Below, piece by piece: positions 12,253-21,693 of a stretch of DNA of 64,000 bases; the stretch's first letter is position 1; each line of letters starts with the position of its first letter. The position numbers were made by a program, and so were the translations under genes. The stretch comes from Alphaproteobacteria bacterium (GTDB taxonomy: Bacteria > Pseudomonadota > Alphaproteobacteria > CALKHQ01): the NCBI GenBank assembly GCA_965227515.1, contig CBDDFZ010000001.1, positions 1,344,001 through 1,408,000 on the forward strand, read 5' to 3'. The notes beneath the pieces are model-generated. The model searched no databases. It was not told where the DNA came from and saw only the letters and a list, made by a program, of their open reading frames with translations.

Positions 12253-13632
12253 ATGGCCTCCTACGACTACGATCTCTTTGTCATTGGCGCCGGCTCCGGC
12301 GGCGTCCGCGCGGCCCGCATCTCGTCCGGCCACGGCGCGCGGGTCGCCATCGCCGAGGAATGGCGTGTCGGCGGCACCTGCGTGCTGCGCGGCTGCGTGC
12401 CGAAGAAGCTGCTGGTCTATGGCGCCCACGTTGCCGAGGAGTTGGAGACCGCCGCCGGCTATGGCTGGGACATCGAGGGCGCGCGCCACGACTGGGGACG
12501 GCTGATCGCCAACAAGGACACCGAGCTGGACCGGCTGAACACGGCCTACATCAACACGCTGGAGAACGCGGGCGTCGAGATCATCATGGGCCGGGCCACC
12601 GTCTCCGGCCCGCACGAGGTGACCATCGACGGCCGCACGATTACCGCCGGCATCATCCTGGTCGCCGTCGGCGGGGCGCCGTGGAAGCCGTCCTACGAGG
12701 GCATCGAGCACGCGATCACGTCCAACGAGGCGCTGGACCTGCCGCAACGGCCGGACTCCATCGTCATCGCCGGCGGCGGCTTCATCGCGGTCGAGTTCGC
12801 GGGCATCTTCAATGCGCTCGGCTCCGACGTCACCGTGGTCTACCGCCGCGACCAGATCCTGCGTGGCTTCGACGACGACGTGCGCGACTTCCTGGCCGAG
12901 GAACTGCGCAAGAAGGGCATCGCCATCCGCTATGGCGTGACCGGCGAGAAGATCGAGCAGGCCGGCGGACGCCTGCGCTATCACCTGAGCGACGGCACCG
13001 TGCTGGACGCCGACCGGGTGATGTACGCGACCGGGCGCCGGCCGAGCACCCAGGGGCTGGGCCTGGAATCTGCGGGCGTCACGCTGACCGAGGGCAACGG
13101 CGCGGTGGTGGTGGACGACGACAGCCGCTCGTCGGTGCCGTCGATCTTCGCCGTGGGCGACGTCACCGACCGCATCAACCTGACCCCGGTGGCGATTGCC
13201 GAGGGCCACGCCTTTGCCGACACCCAGTTCGGCAACCGGCCGCGCCAGGCCAACCACGCCAACGTGCCGTCGGCCGTGTTCAGCCAGCCGCCGGTGGGCA
13301 CGGTGGGGATGACCGAGGCCGAGGCGGGCAAGGCCGGCCACGCGGTCGATATCTATCGCTCCGAGTTCCGGCCCATGAAGCAGACGCTGGGCGGCGGTTC
13401 GGAACGCGCGATGATGAAGCTGGTGGTCGACCGCGAGACCGACCGGGTGCTGGGCGCCCACATGGTCGGCGCCGACGCGCCGGAAATCGTGCAGGGGGTG
13501 GCCATCGCCATCAAGTGCGGGGCGACCAAGGCGGACTTCGACGCCACCGTCGGCATTCACCCCACCGCGGCGGAGGAGTTCGTCACCATGCGCACCCCGG
13601 TACGTCGCGAGGACCGCAAGGCCGCCGAATAG
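12253..13632 (+). CDS. gor: Glutathione-disulfide reductase
   Basis: GAGSGG, GGTCVLRGCVPKK, IHPTAAEE. Confidence 0.96.
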   Translation: MASYDYDLFVIGAGSGGVRAARISSGHGARVAIAEEWRVGGTCVLRGCVPKKLLVYGAHVAEELETAAGYGWDIEGARHDWGRLIANKDTELDRLNTAYINTLENAGVEIIMGRATVSGPHEVTIDGRTITAGIILVAVGGAPWKPSYEGIEHAITSNEALDLPQRPDSIVIAGGGFIAVEFAGIFNALGSDVTVVYRRDQILRGFDDDVRDFLAEELRKKGIAIRYGVTGEKIEQAGGRLRYHLSDGTVLDADRVMYATGRRPSTQGLGLESAGVTLTEGNGAVVVDDDSRSSVPSIFAVGDVTDRINLTPVAIAEGHAFADTQFGNRPRQANHANVPSAVFSQPPVGTVGMTEAEAGKAGHAVDIYRSEFRPMKQTLGGGSERAMMKLVVDRETDRVLGAHMVGADAPEIVQGVAIAIKCGATKADFDATVGIHPTAAEEFVTMRTPVRREDRKAAE

Positions 13633-13735
13633 CCGCCGCTGTTACCTGCCGTTACACATCGTCACACGGCGCTGTCCGGTATCCGCCGCGCTTGGATACA
13701 ATTCGCGCGGGTTTTGACGAAAATGCCAATTACCT

Positions 13736-13751
13736 TTATTACAATATTAAC
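13736..13751. promoter_or_regulatory. Near-consensus CtrA box
   Basis: TTAT-N7-TTAAC next to TTGACG at 13714. Confidence 0.4.
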
Positions 13752-13919
13752 CTTTTTCGCACCCCGCGCGTTCGCTAGCCTGTTTCCCGACGGTGATCGG
13801 TTGAGTGGCGGTTTCGGGGCGCGCTCTTATCGCAGCCCCGCTTCAGGTAGCGTCGCTCTTGCATGGTCGATCGGGGGACATGACCATGCGCCGGGGCCGT
13901 CAACCGCTGGGGGGCGGCG

Positions 13920-13959
13920 GCGGGAGGGGGCTGAATTGCCCCCTCCCGCACGTTTCTTT
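13920..13959 (+). terminator. Strong hairpin / probable terminator
   Basis: 12-bp perfect stem GCGGGAGGGGGC/GCCCCCTCCCGC followed by ACGTTTCTTT. Confidence 0.55.
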
Positions 13960-13986
13960 GACCCGATGAAAGTCTCACGACATTCG

Positions 13987-14002
13987 TTAACGAAAGATTA
14001 AC
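13987..14002. promoter_or_regulatory. CtrA-binding box
   Basis: Exact TTAA-N7-TTAAC in a GC-rich genome that encodes cckA and chpT. Confidence 0.65.
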
Positions 14003-14170
14003 GGGCCGGCCAAGTGGCCTCGGCCCTGGATTCTTTCCGCACTTCGGCGTATATCAGCCGCCCGCACCCGCGCGGGAACGGCGGTTTTGCGCGCGGAAAC
14101 GATGAACGAACCTGATTGGGGGGAGGTGCAGCAGCACTAGGCGCTGCACCGAGTTTGAGGAGACAAGGTC

Positions 14171-15544
14171 ATGGCTGCACAATGGACGCCTCAGTCCTGG
14201 CGCGAAAAACAGGCGCTGCAGCAGCCCAACTATCCGGACGCTGCGGCCGTGGCGCGCGCGGAAGAAGAGCTGCGCAGCTTTCCGCCGCTGGTGTTCGCCG
14301 GTGAGGCACGCGCGCTGATAGGCGAGTTGGCCGAGGTGGCCGACGGCAAGGCGGTGCTGCTGCAAGGCGGCGATTGCGCCGAGAGCTTCGCCGAGTTCCG
14401 GGCCAACGACATTCGCGACACCCTGCGCGTGCTGCTGCAGATGACGGTCGCGCTGATGTGGGGCACCGGCATGCCGGTGGTGAAGGTCGGCCGGTTGGCG
14501 GGCCAGTTCGCCAAGCCGCGCTCCGCCGACACCGAGACGGTGGACGGCGCCGAGTTGCCCAGCTACCGCGGCGACATCATCAACGGCATCGAGTTCGAAG
14601 CGGCGGCGCGGGTGCCCGATCCGGAACGGATGATCCACGCCTACAACCAGTCGGCCGCCACGCTCAACCTGCTGCGCGCGTTCACACGCGGCGGCTATGC
14701 CGATCTGCATCAGGTCCACGCCTGGACCATGGACTCCCTCGACGGCTCGCCGGCGGCGGAACGCTTCGGCGAGGTCGCCGACCGCATTGCCGAGGCGCTG
14801 GACTTCATGCGCGCCTGCGGCATCGACCAGTCCGTCCCGCAGGTTTCCCAGGCCGATTTCTACACCTCGCACGAGGCGCTGCTGCTGCCGTACGAAGAGG
14901 CGCTGACCCGTCAGGACAGCCTGACCGGGCGCTGGTACTCGACCTCCGCGCACATGGTGTGGATCGGCGAGCGTACCCGCCAGTTGGACGGCGCCCACGT
15001 CGAATACGCGCGCGGCATCGGCAACCCGATCGGGCTGAAGTGCGGCCCGACCATCACGCCGGATGAGCTGCTGGCGCTGATCGACGCGCTGAACCCGGAC
15101 AACACGCCCGGCAAGCTGACGCTGATCGTGCGCATGGGCGCCGGCCGGCTGGAAGACCGGCTGCCGCAATTGCTCCGTGCCGTCGAGCGCGAGGGGCGCA
15201 AGGTGGTGTGGTCGTGCGATCCGATGCACGGCAACACGCTGAAGTCGAGCACCGGCTACAAGACCCGGCCGTTCGAGCGCATTCTGGCCGAGGTGCGCGA
15301 GTTCTTCGACGTGCACTACGCCGAGGGCACCCACCCGGGCGGCGTGCACTTCGAGATGACGGGCCGCGACGTGACCGAGTGCCTGGGCGGCGCCCAGGCG
15401 ATCACCGAGGAGCAGCTCGCCGATCGGTATCACACTCACTGCGACCCGCGGCTGAATGGCAGCCAGGCCCTGGAGCTGGCTTTCCTGATCGCCGAGCAAC
15501 GCAAGCGCGAGCGCAACGACGAGCGGCTGCGGCGCGCCTCGTAG
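14171..15544 (+). CDS. Class II 3-deoxy-7-phosphoheptulonate (DAHP) synthase
   Basis: [41 protein letters not shown]. Confidence 0.96.
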   Translation: MAAQWTPQSWREKQALQQPNYPDAAAVARAEEELRSFPPLVFAGEARALIGELAEVADGKAVLLQGGDCAESFAEFRANDIRDTLRVLLQMTVALMWGTGMPVVKVGRLAGQFAKPRSADTETVDGAELPSYRGDIINGIEFEAAARVPDPERMIHAYNQSAATLNLLRAFTRGGYADLHQVHAWTMDSLDGSPAAERFGEVADRIAEALDFMRACGIDQSVPQVSQADFYTSHEALLLPYEEALTRQDSLTGRWYSTSAHMVWIGERTRQLDGAHVEYARGIGNPIGLKCGPTITPDELLALIDALNPDNTPGKLTLIVRMGAGRLEDRLPQLLRAVEREGRKVVWSCDPMHGNTLKSSTGYKTRPFERILAEVREFFDVHYAEGTHPGGVHFEMTGRDVTECLGGAQAITEEQLADRYHTHCDPRLNGSQALELAFLIAEQRKRERNDERLRRAS

Positions 15545-15601
15545 GCACGCCGCCCGATCCGCCGCGGCCGCGCCGCGACCCCACGCACGGAGGGCCTTGC
15601 G

Positions 15602-16753
15602 ATGCCCGACGACCAAGTTGCCGGCCCGCCGGTCAGCCTGTCGGACGATGACGTCCGGCGCCGCACCGACCAGTATTTCAATCGCACCAAGGAAACGATC
15701 GCCCGCCACGGCGACACCCAGGTGACCTACGCCATCTTCATGCGGCGCCCGGTGGTCTCCGCCTTGCGGCTGGCAATTGCGTTCCTGGAGGCGACGGCGA
15801 AGTCGCGCGGCACGTCGTTCGAGATCGAGCGCTGCCAGGACGAGAGCAAGTGGGTCGGCGCCGGCGAGCCGCTGATGTACCTGACCGGCTCGTTCTATCA
15901 CCTGGTCGATTTGGAGACGATCTACCTGCAGAAGATCGGCCCGCCGTGCGTTGCCGCCTACAACGCCTATACCATGTGCTCCGAATTGCCGAACGTGGCG
16001 TTCCTGGCCATGGACGCGCGCCACTGCGCCGGCCGCGAGATGGCCGACATGATGGCCTATGCCGCGTCGGTCGGCAGCGCGCGGGCGCAGCGCAAGCACG
16101 GCGCCAAGGGGTTCGTCGCCAATGCCAACGACGAGACCGCGCACTATTTCGGCCTGGAGCGCGGGCGGGGCACCATGCCCCACGCGCTGATCGGTTATGC
16201 CGGCTCCACGGTGCGGGCGGCCGAGATGTATCGCGAGACCTATCCCGACGAGGACATGGTGGTGCTGGTCGACTATTTCGGCCGCGAGGTCTCCGACAGC
16301 ATCGAGGTGGCGAAGCGGTTTCGCGACCTGGCCGACAGCGGCCGGCTTTCGGTGCGGCTCGATACCGGCGGTGGCCGGTTCTGCGAGGGCCTGGATACCC
16401 AGGAGTCCTATGCGGTGCTGGAGCGCAACGTGCCGGAGGCGATCCGCGGCTACCGCAGCGACGACGACCTGCGGCACCTGATCGGCACCGGCGTGTCGGC
16501 GGCGGCGATCTGGCACATGCGCGAGCAGCTCGACGCGGCCGGCTTCGGCCAGGTGAAGATCGTCGCCAGCTCCGGCTTCGGCCCGGCCAAGTGCCGGGTG
16601 ATGGCGATCGCCAATGCGCCCATCGATGTGGTGGGCACCGGCTCCTACCTGCCGGAGAAGTGGTCGGAGACGTATGCGACCGCGGATATCATCGAGTATG
16701 GCGGCACGCCACGGGTCAAGGTCGGGCGCGAGTTCCTGTTCCGGCGCGCCTGA
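15602..16753 (+). CDS. Nicotinate phosphoribosyltransferase-like protein
   Basis: TDQYF, GTMPHALI, VRLDT, VASSG, GTGS motifs. Confidence 0.85.
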   Translation: MPDDQVAGPPVSLSDDDVRRRTDQYFNRTKETIARHGDTQVTYAIFMRRPVVSALRLAIAFLEATAKSRGTSFEIERCQDESKWVGAGEPLMYLTGSFYHLVDLETIYLQKIGPPCVAAYNAYTMCSELPNVAFLAMDARHCAGREMADMMAYAASVGSARAQRKHGAKGFVANANDETAHYFGLERGRGTMPHALIGYAGSTVRAAEMYRETYPDEDMVVLVDYFGREVSDSIEVAKRFRDLADSGRLSVRLDTGGGRFCEGLDTQESYAVLERNVPEAIRGYRSDDDLRHLIGTGVSAAAIWHMREQLDAAGFGQVKIVASSGFGPAKCRVMAIANAPIDVVGTGSYLPEKWSETYATADIIEYGGTPRVKVGREFLFRRA

Positions 16754-16758
16754 GCGCA

Positions 16759-16800
16759 GGCACATGAACCCGGGCACGTGAACCCGGACACTTAACCCGG
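16759..16800 (+). repeat. Short imperfect tandem repeat (3 units of ~14 bp)
   Basis: GGCACATGAACCCG / GGCACGTGAACCCG / GACACTTAACCCG. Confidence 0.6.
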
Positions 16801-16867
16801 TCTGGGGTCGCGCCGGCCTCGAGTTGCTGGCAAGCTGTGCCGGTCACCACGAAGCGAGGGGCCGGCC

Positions 16868-17086
16868 ATGCCGCTGATCGACATCCATGTGCTTGAGGGC
16901 GTTTTCACCCCTGAAGAGAAACACCAGCTGATCACCGAGAGCGCCAAGGTATTCGGCAAGGTTGCCGGCAAGCCGATGCAGGATGCCACCTCGGTGCGCA
17001 TCCACGAGGTGCCGAGCGGGTGCTGGGGCGGCGCTGATGCGGTGTGGACAACCGAACGCGCCCTGGCGCTGAAGGCCGGCACCTAG
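16868..17086 (+). CDS. 4-oxalocrotonate tautomerase family protein
   Basis: 72 aa, catalytic Pro1 (MPLIDIH), V.I.EV....WGG; GAGGG RBS. Confidence 0.88.
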   Translation: MPLIDIHVLEGVFTPEEKHQLITESAKVFGKVAGKPMQDATSVRIHEVPSGCWGGADAVWTTERALALKAGT

Positions 17087-18133
17087 AGCGGGATCGTTTT
17101 ATGCGGAAGCGTATCCTGCATTGACGATGTAGTTGTTGCATTCGTGTGGCTGGAACGCGTCGAGTAGTTTTCCGATACGCCGCCATGTGTCGTCGATGGT
17201 GCGCTCTGCGGCGCGCCTGAGCAGGTGCTTGAGCTTGGCGAACACCTGCTCGATGGGATTGAGGTCGGGGCTGTAGGGCGGCAGGAAGAGCAGCCTTGCG
17301 CCGGCTTGGCGCAGGGCGGCCCGTACGGCCTTGCCCTTGTGGCTGCCCAGGTTGTCCATGATGACGATGTCGCCGGGTTTGAGCGTCGGCACCAGGATTT
17401 GCTCGACATAGGCGAGGAAGGCCTGACCGTTAATCGGGCCGTCGAAGACGCACGGTGCGGTGAGCTGGTCGCAGCGCAGAGCAGCGAGGAAGGTCAGGGT
17501 GCGCCAGCGGCCGTGCGGTGCCTTGCCGACGAGGCGCCGGCCGCGCCGGCTCCAGCCCCGCAACGGCGCCATGTTGGTCTTGGCCCAGGTCTCGTCAATG
17601 AAGACCAGGCGGGCGGGATCAAGTTTCGCCTGATGACGCTTCCAGCGCGCGCGGCGCCGCGCCACGTCGGGACGATCCTGCTCGCTGGCGAACGCGGTTT
17701 TTTTTGAAGCTCAATCCCTCGGCATGCACAAAGCGCCAGATCGCGCCGTAGCTCACCCGGATGCCGCGATCGGCCAACTCGCGCTGCAAGGAGCGCAAGG
17801 GAAGGTGCGGCTCGGCAGCCAAACGAGCCTGCACGAAGTCGCGATGCGGCGCCAATATGATCCGCTTGTGGCCACCGACCTTGCCCGGCGCAACGCTCCC
17901 GGTGCGCCGATATCGCTGCGACCACTTCACAACCGCAGACACGCTCACATCGAACGCGGATGCCACAGAGCGAACCGTCTCACCGGCCATCACCCGGGCA
18001 ACAGCACGCTCACGAAGATCATTCGAATAGGGTCGACCCATCGCGCCAGCCTCCTCTCAAGACCAACACGTTGAATCAGATTGCCACCCGAGTCGGGAAT
18101 CCCCTTTCGATTCTTCCAAAAAAGACCCCGCTC
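17086..18133 (-). mobile_element. IS630-family insertion sequence
   Basis: Inverted ends GAGCGGG.../...CCCGCTC flanked by TA at 17084-17085 and 18134-18135. Confidence 0.9.
17099..18041 (-). CDS. IS630 transposase in two ORFs (17619-18041 HTH; 17099-17665 DDE), probable programmed frameshift
   Basis: YSNDLRER HTH; FIDET, MDNL, LPPYSPDLNPIE; A8 slippery run near 17698-17705 on the minus strand. Confidence 0.9.
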
Positions 18134-18135
18134 TA

Positions 18136-18956
18136 AGGCCTGTTGAGATTCAGGATTCCTCTCCGTGCTTGGTTGTGATTCAAGCTTCGGATGGAACGAT
18201 TCGTACTGAGTGACGCCCAATGGGCGAAGATGGAACCCCATTGCTTGGGCAAGCCGAGCGATCCGGGCCGCAGTGGCGCTGACAACCGGCGCTTTGTCGA
18301 AGCCGTGCTGTGGGTGGTGCGTACGGGCAGCCCGTGGCGTGATCTCCCGACATCTTTTGGCCCTTGGAACACGGTCTTTAAGCGATACCGCGACTGGGTC
18401 AAAGCAGACGTCTTCGTGCGGCTGTTCGAGGCCTGCTTGGACGAGCCGGACATGGAATACGCCATGGTTGATGCCACCATTGTCAAGGTGCACCGCCACG
18501 GCCAGGGCGCAAAAGGGGGACTCAAAGCCAGGCCATCGGCCGCTCCAAGGGCGGGATGACGACGAAGATCCTCGCGCTGTGTGATGCGCTTGGCAATCTG
18601 GTGCGTTTCGTGCTCCTGCCCGGCCATCGCTACGATACGGTTGGCGTGCCGCCGCTCATCGACGGACTCTCCTTCAAGGCGATGATCGCGGACAAAGCGT
18701 TCGACACCAGCGCCATCGTTGCTGACCTCAACGAGCGCGGTGCCAAGATCGTCATATCCCAGCATCCGCGCCGCGCCAGCCCGCTGCAAATCGACGCCGA
18801 GATGTACAAATGGCGTCATCTGATCGAAAACTTCTTCTGCAAACTCAAAGAGTTCAAGCGAATCGCCATGCGTGCAGACAAAACCGACACAAGCTTCAAC
18901 GCCATCATCCATCTCGCAGCAGCTGTCATAAACTCGCGATGAATCTCAACAGGCCC
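18136..18956 (+). mobile_element. IS5-family insertion sequence (IS427-like)
   Basis: Perfect 16-bp TIR GGCCTGTTGAGATTCA/TGAATCTCAACAGGCC, flanked by TA. Confidence 0.92.
18191..18942 (+). CDS. IS5 transposase in two ORFs (18191-18559; 18556-18942), probable programmed frameshift
   Basis: LSDAQW, RTGSPWRDLP, DAT, ADKAFD, YKWRHLIENFF; AAAAAGGGGG slippery site near 18511-18520. Confidence 0.9.
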
Positions 18957-18993
18957 TAGTCGGGCGGATGGCGCCGGAGACCGTCGAGCGCGC

Positions 18994-19725
18994 CTATGCC
19001 TGCTTCGTCAGAAAGACACTGATCTCGTCGCACAACAGCGTCGGGAACCGCTTCTTGAGCCCAAGCCTGCCGCCCACCGGGACAACCCTGTCGACGCGCA
19101 GCGCGTTCAGGCCGGCAATGCGCTCGATCGACTCCAAGGTGAAGTAGTGCAGGTGGTTGCCATCCCATTCGCGCTTGTCCCACCAGTCCAGCGACGAGGT
19201 GACCGGCAGCCTGCCGCGCAGGACGCGCATCCGGTTCTTGATGCCGGTGATCAATGGCAGGTTCACGATGGCAACCGACCTGTCGTGCATGACTTTGTGG
19301 AGTTGTTCGAACGAATGAAAGGGATCGAACAGGTGCTCGAAAATCATGAGCGCCACGATCAGATCGAATTTTTGATCGATGTCCCAATCATGATCTAGGT
19401 CGCGGTGCACCAATTCAACGTTATCAAATCTATTCATGCCGAGCGATCTATCGACAATATCGATGCCGAGATACGTTTTGGCATATTTTGAGTAGATCTT
19501 GAAATATTGTGGACCGCCATAGCCGACTTCAAAAACAGAAAATTCTCCCTGGTGTGATCGAAGAAAGTCATAGACGGGATAGTAACGGTCTCCCGGGGAG
19601 ATTTCGGCCTCCTCGACAAATGTTACAGCCGAATCCTCGGCCTGCAGCCAGTTTTCATGAGACCGGGCGTAAAATTTCTCTGACGGTCCGGTTGTCTGCA
19701 TAAGACCGGCATCCCCAGTTGCCAC
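18994..19725 (-). CDS. Class I SAM-dependent methyltransferase (low GC)
   Basis: VFEVGYGG motif I, GIDI, FEHLFDP, HLHYFT. Start uncertain. Confidence 0.8.
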   Translation of the reverse strand: MATGDAGLMQTTGPSEKFYARSHENWLQAEDSAVTFVEEAEISPGDRYYPVYDFLRSHQGEFSVFEVGYGGPQYFKIYSKYAKTYLGIDIVDRSLGMNRFDNVELVHRDLDHDWDIDQKFDLIVALMIFEHLFDPFHSFEQLHKVMHDRSVAIVNLPLITGIKNRMRVLRGRLPVTSSLDWWDKREWDGNHLHYFTLESIERIAGLNALRVDRVVPVGGRLGLKKRFPTLLCDEISVFLTKQA

Positions 19726-19944
19726 AAATTTGAAACTTGAAGACGGACATAAATTGGCAGTTAACGCGCTCGACTATTCTGAATCCCCGTCGTGAGTTAT
19801 GCAACCAATAATAGATATGGTCTCCGCGCATCGGTGACGGCAGGCCGGTTTGCATCCGGGGTTTGCATCGGGGCGGCATTCGCGGTCCCGGTGCGCATGT
19901 CACCGGGGTCGACGGACCGAGATCGGATCGGAAATTTTTTTTTT

Positions 19945-21240
19945 TGAGCGGTCGGAGAGATAGGTGACGGATCGTACCGGAGACATGGGTAACACTTTTG
20001 GCCTTTTGGCCGGGGGTGTTGATGCCGTGGAGACGGAGTACGGTTATGGAGGAACGCCTGCGGTTTGTGGCCCGTTTGCTGGAAGGCGAGAGCATGAGCG
20101 CGGTTTGTCGGTCTTTCGGGATATCCCGGAAGACCGGCTACAAGATTTTCAAGCGGTATCAGGCGGAGGGTGTGCATGCGCTGAGCGACCGGTCTCGCCG
20201 CCCGGTGCGCTACGCCAACCAGCTGCCGGCCGCGGTCGAGCGGCTGATCGTCGCGACGAAGAAAGAGAAGCCGCACTGGGGCGCACGCAAGATCCGGGAG
20301 GTGTTGGTGCGCCGTCTTGCCGGCGACGTGCGCATTCCCGCCAGGAGCACGGTGCATGCGGTGCTCGACCGCCACGGCCTGGTCCAGCGCGCCCGGCGCC
20401 GGCGCCACAAGGCGGCGGGCACGCCGCTGTCGACGGCCCATGTCCCCAATGCGCTGTGGTGCACCGACTTCAAGGGCGAGTTCAAGCTCGGCACCGGCCG
20501 CTATTGTTACCCCCTGACGGTGACCGACCAGGCCTCGCGCTTCATCCTGGGCTGCGAAGCCCTTGAGACGACCAAGGAGGCGCATGCCTTCCCGGTCTTC
20601 GAGCGCCTGTTCCAGGAGTTCGGCCTGCCCGATGCGATGCGCTCCGACAACGGCCTGCCATTCGCCAGTCCGAACGGGCTCTACAACCTCTCCAGGCTCG
20701 CGGTCTGGTGGCTGAGGCTGGGGATCGCGATCGAGCGCATCAAACCCGGCCATCCGCAGCAGAACGGCCGCCATGAACGCATGCACCTGACCCTGAAGAA
20801 GGAGACCACCAAGCCGGCCGGCGCCAACATCCTACAGCAGCAGGCCCGCTTCGACGCCTTCGTCGCCGAGTTCAATACCGAGCGCCCGCATGAGGCGCTC
20901 GCCATGAAGTGCCCGGCAGAGGTCTACACCCCCTCAGCCAAGCCCTATCGCGGCTTGACCGAGCTCGACTATCCGTTCCACGACCGGGATGTCGTCGTCA
21001 CCTCATGCGGGCGGCTGTGCCTGCACCGAAAGAAGATCAACATCTCAACCGTCATGGCCGGACAGCGCCTGGGAATCAAAGAGGTCGACGAGGGCATATG
21101 GCTCGTCAGCTTCATGCACTACGATCTCGGATACATCGACCTGGAGCAGAAAACACTGCAGACACTCGACAGCCCGTTCGGCACGAGGTTGTCACCCATG
21201 TCTTAGGTACAAACTGTTACCTATGTCTCCGGGTCGGACA
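19945..21240 (+). mobile_element. IS481-family insertion sequence, copy 2 (complete)
   Basis: Left end TGAGCGGTCGGAGAGATAGGTGAC is imperfectly inverted to right end GTTACCTATGTCTCCGGGTCGGACA; internal repeated GACATRGGTRAC motifs. Confidence 0.9.
19998..21206 (+). CDS. IS481-family transposase
   Basis: MPW...MEERLRFV HTH, WGARKI, WCTDFKG, RSDNG, NGRHER. Likely start at MPW, about 20022. Confidence 0.95.
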   Translation: MAFWPGVLMPWRRSTVMEERLRFVARLLEGESMSAVCRSFGISRKTGYKIFKRYQAEGVHALSDRSRRPVRYANQLPAAVERLIVATKKEKPHWGARKIREVLVRRLAGDVRIPARSTVHAVLDRHGLVQRARRRRHKAAGTPLSTAHVPNALWCTDFKGEFKLGTGRYCYPLTVTDQASRFILGCEALETTKEAHAFPVFERLFQEFGLPDAMRSDNGLPFASPNGLYNLSRLAVWWLRLGIAIERIKPGHPQQNGRHERMHLTLKKETTKPAGANILQQQARFDAFVAEFNTERPHEALAMKCPAEVYTPSAKPYRGLTELDYPFHDRDVVVTSCGRLCLHRKKINISTVMAGQRLGIKEVDEGIWLVSFMHYDLGYIDLEQKTLQTLDSPFGTRLSPMS

Positions 21241-21249
21241 TTTGGAGGG

Positions 21250-21325
21250 TGGTGCCGATGGAGGGACTCGAACCCCCGACCCACGCATTACGAATGCGTT
21301 GCTCTACCGGCTGAGCTACATCGGC
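21250..21325 (-). tRNA. tRNA-Thr(CGT)
   Basis: Reverse complement GCCGATGTAGCTCAGCCGGTAGAGC...TTCGTAA...GGTTCGAGTCC...ATCGGCACCA. Confidence 0.97.
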
Positions 21326-21459
21326 AGTATCCGGTGGCAAATATCCGGCGCGAACGCCCGAAAATCGCGCGGACCATAGCCGATATGGGGCTGGAGCGGC
21401 AAAACAAAAGTCCCGCGCAAGCGGGTGGCACGCTAATTCATCCTTGCCCATTGATCATC

Positions 21460-21636
21460 GTCGTCCTCGCCCTTGTGGCGAGGACCCATCGTTGTCCAGG
21501 GCTCCAACCGATGCCGCGTGCAATATGGTTCGGATGGCCATCGCACGAAAGGCATAACGGCACGTCGTTCGAGCGCAGCGACGCGCGAACTGAGCCACGC
21601 ACTGGAATGGGCCCTCGCCACAAGGGCGAGGGCGAC
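21460..21636. repeat. Family A REP doublet (inverted pair)
   Basis: GTCGTCCTCGCCCTTGTGGCGAGGACCCAT ... ATGGGCCCTCGCCACAAGGGCGAGGGCGAC. Confidence 0.85.
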
Positions 21637-21693
21637 GAGCGTTTTTTGTCTGCGAAGGGCAAGGCCGGCTGGAAGTGCTGGTGTCCCGCGCGC

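Noticed and set aside
17099-18942. IS630 and IS5 transposases as pseudogenes
   Set aside because: The breaks coincide with typical slippery sequences and the element ends are intact, consistent with programmed frameshifting.
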